Below, piece by piece: positions 46,499-55,366 of a DNA stretch of 64,000 nucleotides. The translations under genes and the position numbers were made by a program. The stretch's first letter is position 1. Every line of letters starts with the position of its first letter. Below the pieces are notes generated by a model, which saw nothing but the letters and a program-made list of their open reading frames with translations, had not been told where the DNA came from and did not search any database. The stretch comes from Eubacteriales bacterium (GTDB taxonomy: Bacteria > Bacillota > Clostridia > Oscillospirales > CAG-272): the NCBI GenBank assembly GCA_045653705.1, contig JAZOMG010000052.1:31877-95876 (forward strand), given 5' to 3'.

Positions 46499-47295
46499 AA
46501 AACACGGAAATAAAGGATAAGATCCAAATTGACGATGACGTAGTTTTAAAGGCAGACCACCTGTCTATACATTTTGGCGGTCTACGCGCCGTTGACGACG
46601 TAAACCTCACCATAAGAAAGGGCGAGCTTTACGGACTTATAGGACCTAACGGAGCAGGAAAAACCACTATGTTCAACCTGCTGACGGGAGTTTATAAGCC
46701 TACCTTTGGAAGATTTTATCTCTGCGGACAGGACCTGACGGGAAAGACCGCACGTGAGATAAACCGCGCGGGAATTGCCCGTACGTTCCAGAACATAAGA
46801 CTTTTCGGAAACCTTACCGTTCTTGAGAACGTAATGGTAGGTCTTGGAAATCAGATAAAATGCAACCTGTTCCAGTCGGTGCTCAGACTGCCGAGACACT
46901 TCAAGGCGGAAGCCGAATACAAAAAGCGCGCTATGGAGCTTCTCGAGGTGTTCGGACTTGCCGAGTTTGCCGATTATCTTGCCAGCAATCTGCCCTACGG
47001 TAAGCAGAGAAAGCTTGAGATAGCCAGAGCTATGGCTACAAATCCCACGCTTCTGCTTCTCGACGAGCCTGCGGCGGGAATGAACCCCAACGAGACACAG
47101 GAGCTTATGAACGACATCACCTTTATTCGCGAGAAGTTCGGAATAACCATATTGCTTATTGAGCACGATATGAAGCTTGTTTCGGGTATATGCGAAAAGC
47201 TTACCGTGCTTAACTTCGGTACAGAGCTTGCCAAGGGAGCAACATCCGAGGTGCTCAACAACCCCGAGGTTATAAAGGCGTATATCGGTGAATAG
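46495..47295 (+). CDS. ABC transporter ATP-binding protein (LivG family)
   Basis: GLIGPNGAGKTT, LPYG.QR.LEIARA.A..P.LLLLDEPAAG.N, C-terminal ...VI.AY.G. Confidence 0.9.
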   Translation: MKNTEIKDKIQIDDDVVLKADHLSIHFGGLRAVDDVNLTIRKGELYGLIGPNGAGKTTMFNLLTGVYKPTFGRFYLCGQDLTGKTAREINRAGIARTFQNIRLFGNLTVLENVMVGLGNQIKCNLFQSVLRLPRHFKAEAEYKKRAMELLEVFGLAEFADYLASNLPYGKQRKLEIARAMATNPTLLLLDEPAAGMNPNETQELMNDITFIREKFGITILLIEHDMKLVSGICEKLTVLNFGTELAKGATSEVLNNPEVIKAYIGE

Positions 47296-47305
47296 GAGGT
47301 AAAAT

Positions 47306-48022
47306 ATGTCAGAACCCCTGCTTAAGGTAGAAAACTTAGAGGTATACTATGGCGTTATAAACGCCCTTAAGGGAATATCCTTTGAGGTAAATAAGGGAGA
47401 GATAGTGTCGCTTATCGGCGCCAACGGCGCGGGTAAGACCACCACTCTGCATACCGTTACGGGACTTATACGCCCCAAGCACGGAAGCGTTATTTACAAC
47501 GGAACCGAGCTTACAAAGGTAGCTCCCCACAAAATAGTTTCTCTCGGACTTTCCCACGTACCCGAGGGAAGAAGAATATTTCAGGACTTAACTGTATACG
47601 ATAATCTTCTTCTCGGAGCATACGTGCGCAAGGACAAAAAGAAGATAGAAGAGGATATGGACAGAGTGTTTGAGCAGTTCCCCCGACTTAAGGAGCGCCG
47701 CCGTCAGATGGCGGGTACTCTTTCGGGCGGTGAGCAGCAGATGCTGGCTATGGGCAGAGCCCTTTTGTCCGACCCTCAGATGATAGTAATGGATGAGCCC
47801 TCAATGGGTCTGTCGCCCTTGCTTGTGTCCGAAATATTTGAGATAATCAAATCATTCCGCGATGCTGGCAAGACGGTGTTGCTTGTTGAGCAGAACGCTA
47901 AAAAGGCGATGACGGTTTCCGACCGCGTGTACGTATTGGAAACAGGCTCGATAATCAAAGAGGGAAGAGCCGCCGACCTTATTAATGACGAAAGCATTAA
48001 AAAGGCGTATCTCGGAGAATAA
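47306..48022 (+). CDS. ABC transporter ATP-binding protein (LivF family)
   Basis: LIGANGAGKTTT, LSGGEQQMLAMGRAL...P....MDEPS.GL.P, ...I.KAYLG. Confidence 0.9.
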   Translation: MSEPLLKVENLEVYYGVINALKGISFEVNKGEIVSLIGANGAGKTTTLHTVTGLIRPKHGSVIYNGTELTKVAPHKIVSLGLSHVPEGRRIFQDLTVYDNLLLGAYVRKDKKKIEEDMDRVFEQFPRLKERRRQMAGTLSGGEQQMLAMGRALLSDPQMIVMDEPSMGLSPLLVSEIFEIIKSFRDAGKTVLLVEQNAKKAMTVSDRVYVLETGSIIKEGRAADLINDESIKKAYLGE

Positions 48023-48040
48023 TAGAGGAAGTTCATATTC

Positions 48041-48082
48041 AAAAAAATCCTTTCGCGAAAGTATCGCGAAAGGATTTTTTAA
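48041..48082. terminator. Bidirectional terminator between the liv operon and the XRE gene
   Basis: AAAAAAATCCTTTCGCGA-AAGTA-TCGCGAAAGGATTTTTT. Confidence 0.8.
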
Positions 48083-48095
48083 TTACAAAATAAGC

Positions 48096-48311
48096 TTATC
48101 TTAAAATTTTAGGATTTTCGGTAAGCCCTAAAATATAATCTACCGATACGTTATAATACTTTGATAGCTTAATTAAGATATCGGTGGGAATATCTCGCTG
48201 TCCCAATTCATAGTTGCTGTATACCTGTTGAGAGCAATTAAGAATTTTTGATAATTCCTTTTGCGTTTTGTCGCTGTCCTCACGCAGGTCGCGTATTCTT
48301 CTGTATAACAT
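48096..48311 (-). CDS. XRE-family helix-turn-helix transcriptional regulator (71 aa)
   Basis: IRDLREDSDKTQKELSKILNCSQQVYSNYE.G.RDIP...LIKLSKYYNVSVDYILG is the classic Cro/C1 HTH. Confidence 0.85.
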   Translation of the reverse strand: MLYRRIRDLREDSDKTQKELSKILNCSQQVYSNYELGQRDIPTDILIKLSKYYNVSVDYILGLTENPKILR

Positions 48312-48456
48312 AACGCCCCCAAAATATAATTCGTAAAAAAATTATACCAAACTGCAAAATGCAGTATTGACATTTACCGCAAATTGCGGTATAATATATT
48401 ATGCGTATATGGGAATTTCGTATTCGTGTAATATTTTTACTTTTTTGGGGGAGAAA

Positions 48457-49191
48457 ATGAAAAGATTTTTATCAGTTTTAGTACTTACTTGCTTTTTACT
48501 TTCGATGTGTCTGTCCTTGACAAGCTGTGGGATTTTTAGGCAAAAGGAAAAATATACTTGGGGAGACCTTATATTTGACACGCTTAAATTTTACACTGTA
48601 GATGACAGTGAGGAATTGTTGGAGGATTACGAGGAATTTGCCGATCTGTATATAAAAGCCGACAACGAGGGTCTTTCTGAGTTTGACGATTTGAAATTTG
48701 CGTTTGGAAAACTGCAATATATGCTGAAAGCCTTGGCAATTGTACGAATTTGGTCGGCTCAGTTGGGTGATGAATTTAATGAGGAAGATCTTGAATATGC
48801 CGAGGAAATTATAGCGTTCGGAGAAGAATTTACAAGAATAACCGAAAAAATGCCTGAAAGAGAAACCGAAAACGATTACGAATACATAGACGACAGCGCA
48901 GATACGCTCCGCGAGTATGACGTGAGCGAATGGAGAGAGCTTGTGAGCATATACGAAGAAGCGTGGGATGAGTATTGGATAGCGTCTGACAGATACGATG
49001 CTGACCCCTCGGATACTGATGCGCTGCAAACCCGCGAACTGTGGTCTGATAAGCTGTACGACGTTGGAACACAGCTGGAGAATATCAAAATGGCGCTTAC
49101 TCTGGAGGCCGAAAGCGGCTCGGAGGAGGCTCAGGCAGAGTTGGATGCTATGAACGCCGAATTGACGAGAATCAATACAAAAAATCACTGA
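48457..49191 (+). CDS. Acidic helical lipoprotein, unknown function
   Basis: Signal peptide plus lipobox MKRFLSVLVLTCFLLSMCLSLTSCG. RBS GGGGGAG. The track start at 48367 is unlikely. Confidence 0.6.
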   Translation: MKRFLSVLVLTCFLLSMCLSLTSCGIFRQKEKYTWGDLIFDTLKFYTVDDSEELLEDYEEFADLYIKADNEGLSEFDDLKFAFGKLQYMLKALAIVRIWSAQLGDEFNEEDLEYAEEIIAFGEEFTRITEKMPERETENDYEYIDDSADTLREYDVSEWRELVSIYEEAWDEYWIASDRYDADPSDTDALQTRELWSDKLYDVGTQLENIKMALTLEAESGSEEAQAELDAMNAELTRINTKNH

Positions 49192-49246
49192 TAGATCTGA
49201 AAATGAATAACGGGTGACACATTTTAACTCATCCTAATACGCAAAG

Positions 49247-49283
49247 ACACCGCTCCTACTGTTCTGTAAAAGCGGTGTTTTTT
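49247..49283 (+). terminator. Rho-independent terminator after the lipoprotein gene
   Basis: ACACCGCT...AGCGGTGT stem followed by TTTTT. Confidence 0.7.
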
Positions 49284-49306
49284 GTGTTTAAATTTAATGG
49301 ATAAAA

Positions 49307-49355
49307 CGTAGTAAGGGGGCTTATCAGTTCGAGTCTGCTTAGGCTCCCGCCCTAT
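49307..49355. repeat. G-module variant carrying a tRNA T-arm-like insert
   Basis: GTAGTAAGGGGGCTT-ATCAGTTCGAGTCTGCTTA-GGCTCCCGCCCTAT, compared with GTAGGGCTGGGGCTTGCTCCCGCCCTAC at 19667. Confidence 0.55.
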
Positions 49356-49389
49356 GAATATATGATTTAATAAGTAATCGTGCGGTTGA

Positions 49390-50880
49390 TCACACAGGCT
49401 GATACTGCTCGCAGAATTTCTGTATTATTTCCGCTTCGGAGAAGTTTTCGCGCTTACCCTTTATCATCTGATACGCCTCGTGTCCCTTACCCGCAAGGAG
49501 AATAATATCGCCCTCTTCGGAATTTTTCAAGGCGTATTCAATAGCCTCGCGCCTGTCGGGGATAGCCACGTATGGGCAAGTGCCGCTTGTAAAGTATACG
49601 GCTATCTCGCTGATTATCGCCAAGGGGGATTCGTTGTCGGGGTTGTCCGAGGTGAGTATGCAAAAATCCGCGTCTCTTGAAGCTACCAAGCCAAGCTCGG
49701 CGCGGCGGATCTTCGTTCTTCCGCCCACAGAGCCGAAAAGACATATCAAGCGCCGAGGCTTGTATATTCTGAGCGCCTGTAAAGCCGCCTTAAGACTTAC
49801 GCCGTTGTGGGCGTAGTCGATTACGGCGCAAGCTCCGTTGGGAAGCTCGTAGGTTTCAAAGCGACCCTTTACTCGGATATCTCTCAAAGCATTTGCTACC
49901 TGAGAGGGAGACAGACCAAGCTCGGTGCAGACAGCCATAGCCGTCAGGGCGTTATAAACGCTGAATTCACCGGGGAAAGGAACGGCTATGGGAAGCTCGT
50001 CCTTGCCGTGAACGCAGGTAAAGCTTACGCCAACACAGCCCTTTGAACGGAAATAGGAAATATCTCTTGCGCAAAAATCCGCACCGCCCGATAGGGATAT
50101 GCTTGCCCTCTTACAGCGGTTGCCCGATACCATAGACGGCGAATGCTCGTCGTCGGCGTTATATACGATATATTCAGCGCCGTAGTCGGTAAACAGCCTG
50201 CGCTTGCATTCCTTATAATCGTCAAAATCGGGGTGCTCGTGCTCTCCTATGTGGTCGGGAGAGAGGTTGGTGAATATACAGGTGTTGAAGCGTATTCCGT
50301 AGACCCTCGCCATTTTCAGCGCCTGAGAGGAGACTTCCATCACAAGGGTACGAACGCCCGCGTTCAGCATCTTTCTCATATAATGATGTAGGTCGATGCT
50401 CTCGGGAGTGGTGTTTATGGTTGAAAAGACGTAATCCCCGAAGTAGATTCCGTTAGAGCCTATGTAGCCTGTTGGAACTCCGTTGCTTTTCAGTACGTTG
50501 TATATCATCAGAGAGGACGTTGTCTTTCCCTTAGTGCCCGTAATACCTATAATGGTCATTTCCTTTGCGGGATAGCCGTAAAAGGCGGCGGACAGCTGAG
50601 CGAGGGCTACGCGAGTGTCCTTGACTACAATAACGAAAGCATCGTCGGGGAGCTTTATCTGATGCTCTATAACGAATACCCGACAGTTGCGCCCGAATGC
50701 GCCCCAAGCGTGGTCGTGACCGTCGTTAAGAGAGCCCGAGATACAGACGAATACCGAATCGGCAGATACCTTTCGCGAGTCACAGCACAGAGAAAGTATA
50801 TCGGTCTTTTCGGGGTCTGTTCCCGAACGGTTTATTATTTCGGTGTAATCCACCGCTCTCATAAGTTCACTGAGTAACAT
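49390..50880 (-). CDS. murE: UDP-N-acetylmuramoyl-L-alanyl-D-glutamate--diamino acid ligase (MurE); the added amino acid is uncertain because DNPD replaces DNPR
   Basis: GITGTKGKTT, the Mur ligase central and C-terminal domains, and LTSDNPDNESP (49636-49647 encodes D-N-P-D) where mDAP-type enzymes have DNPR. Confidence 0.9.
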   Translation of the reverse strand: MLLSELMRAVDYTEIINRSGTDPEKTDILSLCCDSRKVSADSVFVCISGSLNDGHDHAWGAFGRNCRVFVIEHQIKLPDDAFVIVVKDTRVALAQLSAAFYGYPAKEMTIIGITGTKGKTTSSLMIYNVLKSNGVPTGYIGSNGIYFGDYVFSTINTTPESIDLHHYMRKMLNAGVRTLVMEVSSQALKMARVYGIRFNTCIFTNLSPDHIGEHEHPDFDDYKECKRRLFTDYGAEYIVYNADDEHSPSMVSGNRCKRASISLSGGADFCARDISYFRSKGCVGVSFTCVHGKDELPIAVPFPGEFSVYNALTAMAVCTELGLSPSQVANALRDIRVKGRFETYELPNGACAVIDYAHNGVSLKAALQALRIYKPRRLICLFGSVGGRTKIRRAELGLVASRDADFCILTSDNPDNESPLAIISEIAVYFTSGTCPYVAIPDRREAIEYALKNSEEGDIILLAGKGHEAYQMIKGKRENFSEAEIIQKFCEQYQPV

Positions 50881-51640
50881 ATATCTCTTCCTTTCGCACC
50901 TTAAAATTCATAAGCTCCTCGTCAAAGCCCTGTGGCTCTTTACCGCAAAGGCGTATAGCCGAAACGGCAAGGACCTCCAAGGAGTCCACAAAGCCGTTTC
51001 CTATGGGTAGCTCCCGCTTTAGCACCGACAGCTCGGTACAGCCTAAAATAAGCTTTTCACAGCCCCGTCCGCGCAGAGCGTCGGCAACCGACAGAAAGCT
51101 GTCTATATCGGGAGTTTTACCCTGTTTTATGCCGTCGTAAATAACACTGTTTATAATCTTTTGCTCTTCCTCGGTACAGGTGACGTATTCAAGCCCAGCT
51201 TCCTCAAAAACACTTTTGTACGCACCCGACGCCACAGTTCCCTCGGTAGCCAGAACTCCCGCTTTTTTGATGCCGCTCTGTCGGCAAAGCTCTACCGTTT
51301 GACGGATTATGTTGATAACGGGAACCGATGAAGCGCGGCTGACGCTATCGTAAAAATAATGAGCCGTGTTGCAGGGAATGGCGATAATGTCCGCCCCCGC
51401 GTCGGTAAGCTTTTTTACCTCGTATATCATCGTATCTGCTGGGTTGCTGTCCGAAGCCCCCAGAATAAACGCGGTTCTGTCGGGGGTATCTGCCCGAGAG
51501 GACAGTATAAAATTCAGATGCTCCTGATCGCACAGGGCTTTTGTGTGTCTTGTGAGCATTTCGCAAAAGAGAACGCCCGACATAGGCCCCAGTCCGCCCA
51601 AAATACCAAGCGTGACACTTTTCATTTTGTAAAAACTCAC
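50867..51640 (-). CDS. Aspartate/glutamate racemase family protein (aspartate racemase-like)
   Basis: GILGGLGPMSG..F, the two catalytic Cys motifs AIPCNTAH and LGCTEL. The start is either GTG 51640 (overlapping the upstream TGA) or ATG 51625. Confidence 0.85.
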   Translation of the reverse strand: MSFYKMKSVTLGILGGLGPMSGVLFCEMLTRHTKALCDQEHLNFILSSRADTPDRTAFILGASDSNPADTMIYEVKKLTDAGADIIAIPCNTAHYFYDSVSRASSVPVINIIRQTVELCRQSGIKKAGVLATEGTVASGAYKSVFEEAGLEYVTCTEEEQKIINSVIYDGIKQGKTPDIDSFLSVADALRGRGCEKLILGCTELSVLKRELPIGNGFVDSLEVLAVSAIRLCGKEPQGFDEELMNFKVRKEEIYVTQ

Positions 51641-52056
51641 CCCTCAGAAATAAAATCAAAGCCAAGGCGCGAAAACAGATGCTTGTCCGTATCACCGCCG
51701 CGGCATATAATAAACCGACTTTCCAGAAGCTCTTCGTTTTCGGCAACATAGTTAGCAAGCTCGCCATCGGTAGGGATAAGCGGCATAATAAGCTCGCCTC
51801 CGCTCTCCGAGAGGTCGGCAAGCTCCTCGGATATAAGACGGCTGTCGTAGGAATAAAGCCTAAGAAAATCGCAGGCAGGGTCAAGAATATCCAAAAGCCC
51901 TCGGCGCTTGCCGCATACTATCGACCTTACGCCGTGGCACAAAAAGAAACGCAGACAAAGACAGTGAGCCCGTATTCCGTTACCGAGAATCACGGGAACA
52001 AGGGTTTGCCGTAAAAGCTCCTTATCTTCTGCCCTTTCCATAGGATATTCCCCCAA
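51637..52056 (-). CDS. Hypothetical 139-aa protein; weak resemblance to the pre-ATP-grasp N-terminal domain of D-aspartate-ligase-type enzymes
   Basis: LVPVILGNGIRAHCLCLRFFLCHGVRSIVCG... resembles the xPxLLGxDxNxYxxARxFxExYGVxS N-termini of ATP-grasp ligases. No ATP-grasp core follows. It is coupled to the racemase gene. The functional call is tentative. Confidence 0.35.
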   Translation of the reverse strand: MGEYPMERAEDKELLRQTLVPVILGNGIRAHCLCLRFFLCHGVRSIVCGKRRGLLDILDPACDFLRLYSYDSRLISEELADLSESGGELIMPLIPTDGELANYVAENEELLESRFIICRGGDTDKHLFSRLGFDFISEG

Positions 52057-52227
52057 AAAACCTTAATCATAACTATTATATCACACGGCGTTATTATTGT
52101 CAAACAAATTTACGTTTTTTTGAAAAATTCCGCATTTAATTTTTGAAACCTATTGAAAAAAATCCCTTTATTGTTTATAATTATATAGACCGTGTGCGGA
52201 CGGTACTAAGCTTATCTTGGGGGGCGT

Positions 52228-52821
52228 ATGAAAAAAGAAAAGATAACCGCAGTTTTTACGAATATTCCAACGCTCGCCACAGAGCGTCTTACGCTCAGAG
52301 CTATGAGCCCGAGAGATGCGGACGATATGTTTGAATACGCACGGCGGGAGGACGTAACCGAGTATCTTCGTTGGTCGCCCCATCCGTCAAGGAGCTATAC
52401 GGCCGACTATTTGCGCTATATACGCTCACGCTATTCTCTGGGAGAATTTTACGATTGGGCTGTGACCGAGACGAAAAGCGGCAAAATGATAGGTACTTGC
52501 GGCTTTACCTGCTTTGACCTTCCCAATAACAGCGCCGAGATAGGCTACGTGCTAAATCCCGACTACCACGGTCAGGGGTACGGCACAGAGGCGGCAGAGA
52601 GGGTAGTGCGTTTTGGCTTCCAGGAGCTTGGATTGCACAGGATAGAGGCAAGATTTATGCGGGAAAACACGGCTTCGCTCCACGTTATGGAAAAGCTGGG
52701 AATGAGCCTTGAGGGCTATCGGCGCGACGGAATGCTCATAAAGAAAAAATACAGAACTATCGGCGTATGCTCCATCCTTTGTGATGAATGGGCAGAGAGC
52801 TTCGGAAAGGAAGAAAAATAA
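52228..52821 (+). CDS. GNAT family N-acetyltransferase (RimJ/RimL-like)
   Basis: ERLTLRAM...DADDMFEY......TEYL.W.PH, GYVL.PDYHGQGYGTEA......FGF.ELGLHRIEA. Confidence 0.85.
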   Translation: MKKEKITAVFTNIPTLATERLTLRAMSPRDADDMFEYARREDVTEYLRWSPHPSRSYTADYLRYIRSRYSLGEFYDWAVTETKSGKMIGTCGFTCFDLPNNSAEIGYVLNPDYHGQGYGTEAAERVVRFGFQELGLHRIEARFMRENTASLHVMEKLGMSLEGYRRDGMLIKKKYRTIGVCSILCDEWAESFGKEEK

Positions 52822-52822
52822 T

Positions 52823-53779
52823 ATGAAAAAATATCCGCTTTTACTTACTTATATCGCTAAATCCGCTATTTGGGGAGGCTCTGTTCTATCCGAAAAATGG
52901 GGAAAGGTCAGCGACGGAGACAATATTGCCGAGACGTGGGAGCTGTCTGTCAGAGAAAAGGAAATGGCTAAGATACGAAACGGCGAGGCGAAAGGCTTGA
53001 CCCTTGCGGAGTACTTCGAGGCTGTTGGTTACGATGCGGTATCTCCAAGCTATAAAAAAGGCGATAGATTTCCGCTGCTCGTAAAGCTTATTGACGCTCA
53101 CGACCGCCTGTCGGTACAGGTACACCCCGACGACGCATATGCGTCGTCAGTTGAAAACGACAGCGGAAAGACCGAGATGTGGTACGTTGTCTCGGCGGCA
53201 GAGGGCGCGGAGCTTATCTACGGACTTGCCGAGGGCTATGACAGCGAGGGCTTTGCCCGCGCTGTGGCAGCGGGAGAGATAGACCGCGCTATGAATAAAA
53301 TTTCAGTAAAGGCGGGGGACTGCTTCTTTATTCCTGCGGGAATGGTGCATGCCATAGGAGCGGGAATACTTATAGCCGAGATACAGCAGAACTCCGACCT
53401 GACGTACAGAGTTTACGATTACGACCGCGTGGGAGCTGACGGAAAAAAGCGTGAGCTTCATACGAAAAAGGCATTGGACGTTGTAAGACCTTATACCGAG
53501 GCAGAGGTGGATGCTATCCGTTATTCCGAGGGTAAAAATGAGAATATGCTGGCAAACAACAGGTATTTCAAGGTGGCAAAAAAGGATATAGACGGCAGAG
53601 CAGAGCTTTCGGTAAGCCACAACAGCTTTTTGTCCGTCCTTTGCATTGACGGCGAGGGTGCTATCCTATTTGAGGGAGAAAAATACCCAATTTCCAAGGG
53701 AGACAGCTATTTCTGTCCTGCGGGAATGGGCAGCGCTCTGGTAGAGGGTAAGCTTTCGGTCATTTGCTCGGAGCTTTAA
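52823..53779 (+). CDS. manA: Class I (type I) mannose-6-phosphate isomerase
   Basis: ...PLLVKLIDA.DRLSVQVHPDD.YA......GKTEMWYV, ...G.VHAIG.GILIAEIQQNSD.TYRVYDYDR. Start at ATG 52823. Confidence 0.88.
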   Translation: MKKYPLLLTYIAKSAIWGGSVLSEKWGKVSDGDNIAETWELSVREKEMAKIRNGEAKGLTLAEYFEAVGYDAVSPSYKKGDRFPLLVKLIDAHDRLSVQVHPDDAYASSVENDSGKTEMWYVVSAAEGAELIYGLAEGYDSEGFARAVAAGEIDRAMNKISVKAGDCFFIPAGMVHAIGAGILIAEIQQNSDLTYRVYDYDRVGADGKKRELHTKKALDVVRPYTEAEVDAIRYSEGKNENMLANNRYFKVAKKDIDGRAELSVSHNSFLSVLCIDGEGAILFEGEKYPISKGDSYFCPAGMGSALVEGKLSVICSEL

Positions 53780-53805
53780 TTATCAATATCACAGCGGAGA
53801 AAACA

Positions 53806-55218
53806 ATGAGAAAAACGAAAATAGTATGTACTATAGGTCCTGCCTGCAATAACGAGGAAGCGCTGACGGGAATGTGCCTTGCGGGAATGAACGTGGCAAG
53901 ATTGAACTTTTCCCACGGCACTCACGAGGACCATAAGAAAAATATAGAGCTTATAAAAAGGGTCAGAGAAAAGCTTGGGCTACCTATAGCCATTCTCCTT
54001 GACACTAAGGGTCCCGAATACAGAATAGGTGTGTTTGAGAACGGCAAGATCGATCTTTGCGAGGGCGATAGCTTTATATTTACCTCTGAGGACGTTATTG
54101 GTAACGAAGAAAGAGTATCGGTAAACTACAAAAATCTTCCCGATGAGATGAGGGCGGGGGATATCATACTTCTCAATAACGGACTTCTCCGTTTTGAGGT
54201 CACGGCGGTGGAGGGCTGTAATATCAATTGCCGTGTGACTGTGGGCGGCGAGCTTTCAAACCGCAAGAGCATGAGCTTTCCCGACAAGGTGCTGAAGCAG
54301 ACCTATCTCAGCGATTACGACAAAAGCGACCTGCTTTTCGGAATTGAGAACGAGGTGGACTTTATCGCCTGCTCCTTTGTGTCGCAAAAGCAGGACTTAA
54401 TAGACGTTAAGAATTTTCTCCGTGAGAACGGCGGAGAGGGTATGGATATTATCGCAAAGATAGAAAACCGCTCGGGGGTGGATAACATAAAGGATATCTG
54501 CCTTGAGTGTGACGGCATTATGATAGGCCGCGGTGATATGGGAGTGGAAATTCCATTTGAGGAGCTTCCCGCAATTCAGAAGCATCTGATAACCACCTGC
54601 CGTATGCTTGGCAAGCGGGTAATTACCGCCACGGAAATGCTTGAGTCCATGATACATAATCCAAGACCTACAAGAGCCGAGATATCCGACGTTGCCAATG
54701 CCGTATACGACGGAACGAGCGCTATAATGCTTTCGGGTGAGACGGCGGCGGGGAAATACCCTGTGCTTACCGTGGAAACCATGGCGAGAATAGCGAGACA
54801 GACCGAAAAGAATATTGACTATGCCAAGGTGTTCAAGAACTCCGACTTTATAATAAAGAACGCGTCGGACGCTATATCCCATTCTACCTGCGGAATGGCG
54901 ATCGACCTTGAGGCAAAGGCTATCGTCGCCAGCACCCTTTCGGGTATGACCGCAAGAATGGTATCGAGGTTCAGATGTCCCGTGCCTATCGTGGGTATGA
55001 CCACAGACGAGGGCACGTGGCGTAAGCTGTCTCTTTCTTGGGGTGTTCTTCCCGCCCTCAGTGAGATGTATAATTCTACCGACGTTCTCTTTTACGAGGC
55101 GAAAAAGCTTGCAAAGCAAAGTCTGCACCTCGGCAGAGGAGATAGGGTTGTTATTACAGGCGGTATGACCAACGGAAGCTCGGGAAATACCAATATGATA
55201 AAGGTTGAGACCGTTTAA
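53806..55218 (+). CDS. pyk: Pyruvate kinase
   Basis: MRKTKIVCTIGPA, NFSHG.HE.H, LDTKGPE.R, MIGRGDMGVEIP, MLSGETA.GKYP. Start at ATG 53806. Confidence 0.95.
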   Translation: MRKTKIVCTIGPACNNEEALTGMCLAGMNVARLNFSHGTHEDHKKNIELIKRVREKLGLPIAILLDTKGPEYRIGVFENGKIDLCEGDSFIFTSEDVIGNEERVSVNYKNLPDEMRAGDIILLNNGLLRFEVTAVEGCNINCRVTVGGELSNRKSMSFPDKVLKQTYLSDYDKSDLLFGIENEVDFIACSFVSQKQDLIDVKNFLRENGGEGMDIIAKIENRSGVDNIKDICLECDGIMIGRGDMGVEIPFEELPAIQKHLITTCRMLGKRVITATEMLESMIHNPRPTRAEISDVANAVYDGTSAIMLSGETAAGKYPVLTVETMARIARQTEKNIDYAKVFKNSDFIIKNASDAISHSTCGMAIDLEAKAIVASTLSGMTARMVSRFRCPVPIVGMTTDEGTWRKLSLSWGVLPALSEMYNSTDVLFYEAKKLAKQSLHLGRGDRVVITGGMTNGSSGNTNMIKVETV

Positions 55219-55253
55219 GTATTGATTAAATTTTATAGTTTCTTTCTTAATGC

Positions 55254-55337
55254 AGAAACCTCTCGGACGCACGAGCGTAAGCCCGTAGCTTTTGCGTAAG
55301 TAAAAATGTGCTTGCGCCACCGAGAGGTTTCGTTTTT
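55254..55337. terminator. Long compound stem-loop between convergent pyk and sigK
   Basis: AGAAACCTCTCGG ... CCGAGAGGTTTCG followed by TTTTT, with an internal ~50-nt structured loop. Confidence 0.6.
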
Positions 55338-55366
55338 ACTATTCCGCATTATTTTCAATTCCGCAT

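Noticed and set aside
49319-49352. tRNA-like fragment (GGGGGCTTATCAGTTCGAGTCTGCTTAGGCTCCCGCC).
   Set aside because: Only a T-arm-like segment is present and its stem is imperfect. There are no D or anticodon arms and no acceptor pairing. It aligns better as a G-module repeat variant than as a tRNA or tmRNA gene.
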